From assembly GCF_011386835.1 (NCBI RefSeq), contig NC_088806.1, positions 30,814,001 to 30,878,000 on the forward strand: DNA of 64,000 nt. Direction: 5' to 3'. Source of the stretch: Chrysemys picta bellii (lineage: Eukaryota). Below, in pieces: positions 59,301 through 64,000 of the stretch. The position numbers were made by a program, and so were the translations under genes. Below the pieces are notes generated by a model, which was not told the origin of the DNA, made no database searches, and was given only the letters and a program-made list of their open reading frames with translations. Position 1 is the first letter of the stretch, and every line of letters begins with the position of its first letter.

Positions 59301-62300
59301 TGCCTTGTTAATTAAACAAAAATCCAGGTAGTATTTAATGTTGGATGACAGGCGCTCAAGCTGTTTTGCTCTGGCCTGCAACTGCATGTGCTTGAAGCTT
59401 GCTCTTCCTCCCCAAGAGGCAGCACAGTTGAGCATCCCCCACTGCTATAAGATGCACTAGTTTTGGGCCATGGTGCTGTCCTCCACTGCATACAGCGGGA
59501 GGTTCCTCGTCGGTGTGAAGTGTGTCCTGGGCTGGCTTGTTCTTTGTTTCATAAGTAATTGCTTCAGTTTAATAAGGACTTGCCAAATCGTGTGTTCCGA
59601 AGAAATAAAATAAAAGGTCATTGTGTGTAATGTTAATGAAGTGCTTTGCTCCCGTATTGCTGGTATCCAGCTGTGACTCCACTGAATTGCTAGCTTCGAT
59701 TTCCAATTACCAGCATGTGGTAGCACCCCCTTAGCTGATAATAACTATGACTATAAATATCAGATAAACTGCAGATTATCCTGAAAGTTTTAATTAGCTG
59801 AATGGAAGTGAGTTTTTCTTGCTGACGGACAACTAACACCCCCAGCTTCACACACACAGTTAATAGCCATCGGTAGAAAATCACTAGTTAAGCCGAGAAT
59901 GTGTAATTTTCACTATAACCATTGATTTGGCAACGGCTTGGTGGAGGAGAGAGCAGTGTGCGTTTATCTTCCTTGCCCGTCCCCCAGTGCGCTAGTGAAT
60001 TAACTGTGTTTTCAGTCTCTAATTTTGTATAAACACCGTGTACAGGAGACTGATCTCCTGACGCCCACGTGCTCTGCTGAAGAAATGCTACAGAGTGGTG
60101 CTGGGAAACCATAGGCGTGTTTGTAGCATGCATTAGTTTCACGTTTACCTTGGGCAGCGTATTGCAAGGTATGTCTTGCTGGATAAAAATTCCACTATGT
60201 AAAATAGAGGTTTGAGATGCTCTGTGGTGGTAACTCAGGTCCTTGGTGGGGGGCCTGTTTGTGTCACTGCTATATGAGAGGATTATTTTCGAGCTAGCCT
60301 AGAGTTTCTCTGCCCACCTTTACAAGTGCAATTAAACTTCGGCTCTTCTGATCAGGTCAGTTGAGTTTGGCATTTTCTCAGCTTGTCCTGTTTGATCTCA
60401 GCCCTTTATGGGACTTACATTTTGTTTAGAGATTCATAGATTCCAAGGCCAGAAGGGACCACTGTGACCATCTAGTCTGACCTCCTGCATGGCACAGGCC
60501 ACAGGACTTCCCCGAGTTAATTCCTGTTCGAGCTAGCGCAGACATTGTAGAAAATCATCTAGTTTTGCTTTAAAAATTCTCAATGACAGAGAATCCACCA
60601 CAGCCTTTGTAAGCTGTTCCAGTGGTAATTACCCTCACTGTTAAAACTGTGTATCTGATTTCCAGTCTGAATTTGTCTAGCTTCAGCTTCCAGCCCTTGG
60701 CTCTTGTTCTGCGTTTGCTGCTAGGCTGAAGAGTGCATTATCAAATATCTGTTCCTCTCGCAGGTACTTACCGACTGTATCACCCTTTAACCTTCTTTTT
60801 ATTAAGCTAAATAGATCGAGCTCCTTGAATTTCTCATGCTAAAATGTTTTCCTGTCCTTTAATAGTTTCCGTGGCTCTTCTCTGACCCCTCTAACTGGGA
60901 TGTAGGAATTATTCTCAGGGTTTTCGCTGTGCAGTAGATGGGAGACACCTCAGTAGAAATTATTAAGAGCCCCTTGGTGAAGTTCTGCAGCAGAATTGCC
61001 TGCCACAATTTTACTTCTCACCCACAGTTGTTGCTGTAGTCCCACCTGCTTATTGCAGCCTCTGTAGGGCAGGAGACTCCTTGCCATCCCAGTGAGACTG
61101 TCCTGCCTTATTCTGCTTAGAATAACAACCAGAAAATGATGAGAACCCCACCCCCTACCCCCAGCCTCCCATGGGTAATTGGAGGGTGAAGCTGCAGTTA
61201 CCCAGGTCCTACGCAATTAGTTAGTTGGGCTGCCGAGCTGTTATCACTTCACATGGGCATCCCTACTCCCCCTCTTCCTGGCCAACGGCTCGAAACTCAA
61301 CAGTGGGGCAATGCTGTCATGGGAGGAACCAGCACAGGGAAGGGTTGTTTCAAGTAACAGCAAGAGTATATTAACCCTTTTAGTTCGTTCTTATTTGAAA
61401 AGTCACGTATTGACATCTGGACAATAATTCATAATAAATGTCACTTCTTTTTCTTTGCTGAGGAAACTGAATTTGTCAGCCATGGTTTCTACTTCAGTTA
61501 TTCAGTGCTGTGCAAAGCAGCAGAGGGGTACAAGAGCGGAAATGCTGTCTGGCCTGATTTTATTAGAATAGTACGGAGGTTCTGACCACCTTCCCAGGCA
61601 TTCATATAATGTTCTTTGTGAATGTGCATCTATTACATTTCTGTATGCCAATATGGGTGTATTATATTTTATCTTCTCCCTGATGTTTTGGTGTTTCTGT
61701 GAATTTTGTGAATCAGGACAAACTCCTGGATGTTGTAAACTAAATAACTCTGTGTTCATATGGGTCATTGGATGGGCTATATGCACGAGTGAATCCACCT
61801 CTTATTCCTCACACATTTGAGTGTTGGGGTCTCGTTAGCAGCTTTCGAGCAGAGGTGGTTTAAGTGGTAGCAGGAAATGTTCAGATAGAAGTGGCTCGTT
61901 ATTTTTGTACCTACTTGCCGACTGTAAATGGCGCCTGCTCTCCTTCTCTTGATCCATCAAAGTTGTGGTCAGATACTTACCTTGTTCTTGCATGTCCTAG
62001 TCTCCAGGTTCCCTGCTAGCACCTGTCCAAGTTCCCCCGGGGAGTCTTGCTCCTTTACGTGGTGTCGTGGATGGTCCAGCCGGTGCCCTCCGTGGCTCGC
62101 TAAGCACCAGTGTGGAGATCTCCAGGGTACCCAGTCCGCTGCTCAGAGAAGGAACTCTGGTAACTCTCCCTCTTCACTGAAAGTTCAGTGTGGGATGTGT
62201 TTGTTGCAATGCGCCATGTTTTCAGGAACCTCCCCAGACAGACACATGCGTCCGACGAAGTGGGTATTCACCCTCGAAAGCTTATGCTCCAATACACCTT

Positions 62301-63840
62301 TTAGTCTCTAAGGTGACACAGGACTCTTTGTTGCTTTTCACAGATCCAGACTAACACGGCTACCCCTCTGATACTAGACACTAGACTGGTGTTTCAAAGG
62401 CAGTATCCCTGTCCCTCGTACATGGTTTTTACCCTGTCTTTGTCTGTGAAGCCATGCTTAGAAATGTGAAATACGTTTCCTGTCTCTACATTTCCCTCTC
62501 CCCCCCCCCCCTACCCCCCATGTTTGTATGAAACCTAGTCCAAAGTGGCAGTGATGCTCTCCAGCCCCCCTGCACTCAGAATGACAATGCTGGTGCATAA
62601 GAGTTGCTCCTCTCTTCCCCACCTTCTAGCTATGGAAGCTCTACATTGGTGCCCATCATTCTAGTATTTGAGCCCCCGTGTGTTAATTCTGCCAGGGAGG
62701 ATCGCGCACTCATTCACTGTGATACTAGGACAGCACAGGTGCCGTCACACTAGTGGCTGAGCAGCTGTTCCCATCTGAGGCTGAAATGAGCTGTTGGGCC
62801 TCAGTCGTGAGGGGAAACATTCACTTTGTAAAATGGCCACTGGCCCCTCATTGGTCACCACAGAGAGGGGAAAGACTAAATGGGCTACAGAGACTGAACT
62901 TCCTTTTGTTTCCCGAGAAGAGGTCCCTCCAGCAGAAAGCTGAGACGCAGGGCTCGTTTACAAGCCGTTACTGTGTGGTGGACCAGGGTGTGAATCTACA
63001 GTGCGCCAACTTGCTGTGCAGTCCTGTCCCAGGTGGACACTGCTACAGCGCACACAAATCCCGGGGGGCCACTTTCAGTGCAGTGTAGCAATGTCCATCA
63101 GGGAGGTTACTGAGTGGCAACTGGTAGGCTGTAGATGCACATGCTGGCTTGTCTCTCAATAACTTGCCATGTAGAGAAGCCCACAGTAGTGGGGGTGGGG
63201 GTGAGAAGCTTTCGTTGCCATCGGTTGTATACCTGTTGGATGGGTATAGAGATCTTGTATCCCCAGAGCTATCAATCTTACACCTTCTACCAGCATCAAA
63301 TTCATCTTAAAAAAGAAAAGAGGGAGGGGGAAGTCGGTTGCAAATCCAGCTTGATTAATTTGTATTTTCTTGGGTGGGGAGATTTTGCATATGTTTCTTT
63401 ACAGTGAGAACACCTTTGATATAATGGAAACTTTTGCCTAAAGCAGAGTTCACCCCCTTGGTAGTCAAGATATATTTGCAATGACTCTCTGCAAAATAAC
63501 CGTGTTTTAGACAGTCAAGTTAGCCTGCATAGTCCTTGACGTTCTGGGTGTTATGCTGACTGTGTGCTACTAAGCTGGTGAGAGAGTCCCTCTACAAGGG
63601 ATGGAATTGGGCTGCCATGCTTTGATATGCCTGAGTGGATGCCTGTATCCTCTTTCCTGTTTGGCTTCGTCTCGTCTAACAACCCTCATCCCCCTTTTTT
63701 TGACTTTGCAGCCTCCACAGACCCTTAAATCCACCGACTGCACTAAGAGCTTGCTGGGATCCGTGCATGAGGAAAAACCCTCCTTAAATCTCCTAGCTCT
63801 AGATGAAGGGGAAAATGAAGAGGAAGAGAGTGAGAATCAG
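53290..63840 (+). CDS. CEP164: Centrosomal protein 164 (distal appendage), 5' part; gene continues beyond the window
   Basis: Exons 53290-53371, 54194-54305, 54896-55109, 56382-58133 (large extra exon), 62001-62159 and 63712-63840; all GT-AG and phase-compatible. [21 protein letters not shown] and the WW domain ([17 protein letters not shown]...WDHP) match CEP164. Confidence 0.96.
54194..54305 (+). CDS. CEP164: CEP164 exon ([25 protein letters not shown]...)
   Basis: 112 nt, conserved peptide. Confidence 0.97.
54385..54570 (+). mobile_element. MIR/CORE-like SINE remnant
   Basis: gtagcctagtggttggagcagggg...ctgggtaagtcacttcccctc...ctgtaaaatggggataata. Confidence 0.6.
54896..55109 (+). CDS. 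CEP164: CEP164 WW-domain and Lys-rich exon
   Basis: [27 protein letters not shown]...; 214 nt. Confidence 0.97.
56382..58133 (+). CDS. CEP164: CEP164 large symmetric exon (584 codons, acidic and Ser-rich, probably disordered)
   Basis: tatttatttag acceptor in frame with ORF 56385-58166; GAG|GTAGGC donor in phase 0. Confidence 0.8.
60428..60895 (-). mobile_element. CR1 LINE 3' fragment
   Basis: gattcatagattccaaggccagaagggaccactgtgaccatctagtctgacctcc. Confidence 0.8.
62001..62159 (+). CDS. CEP164: CEP164 exon ([21 protein letters not shown]...)
   Basis: 159 nt; LAPLRG conserved. Confidence 0.92.
62246..62373 (+). mobile_element. Penelope-like terminal fragment with a hammerhead-like motif (62248-62287)
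   Basis: gcgtccgacgaagtgggtattcaccctcgaaagcttatgc...gactaacacggctacccctctgata. Confidence 0.82.
63712..63840 (+). CDS. CEP164: CEP164 exon (PPQTLKS...EEEESENQ)
   Basis: tttgcag acceptor; CAG|GTAGGA donor; 129 nt. Confidence 0.92.
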
Positions 63841-64000
63841 GTAGGAAAAGAGCTGAGAAACCTGTTAGATTCCTATGAGTGCCGTGTGTTGTTTTTGTGG
63901 GCTGTGCGTAGATCCCCTAAGGGAATCTGGGGAATAGACTCTGATAGTCCTTGCCTCATGAGGGTTTTCAGCCCAGAATGTCCTGTGGTTCAAATGCTTC

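Overview
Vertebrate (turtle-like) genomic DNA covering the conserved RNF214 (+) / BACE1 (-) / CEP164 (+) synteny block. The turtle assignment rests on a tortoise-type tRNA-derived SINE, CR1 and Penelope-like fragments. RNF214 is complete, with 15 coding exons at 3451-18801. BACE1 is complete, with 9 exons at 45126-26117, but as written has three separate 1-bp deletions. CEP164 is 5'-partial (exon 1 at about 47990-48135, six coding exons to 63840). The most unusual features are: (i) a 54-bp tandem repeat that copies an RNF214 exon end plus its splice donor four times in frame; (ii) an intact 1752-nt frame-preserving CEP164 exon that I do not recall from the human reference protein; (iii) an extra 69-nt RNF214 coiled-coil exon; (iv) six Penelope-like fragments with minimal hammerhead-ribozyme motifs, two of them as ~80-bp-arm foldbacks; (v) several palindrome- or splice-site-bearing minisatellites near promoters. 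Comparisons with human proteins and repeat-family names are from memory, not from searches. Four single-base indels in conserved exons suggest residual assembly error.
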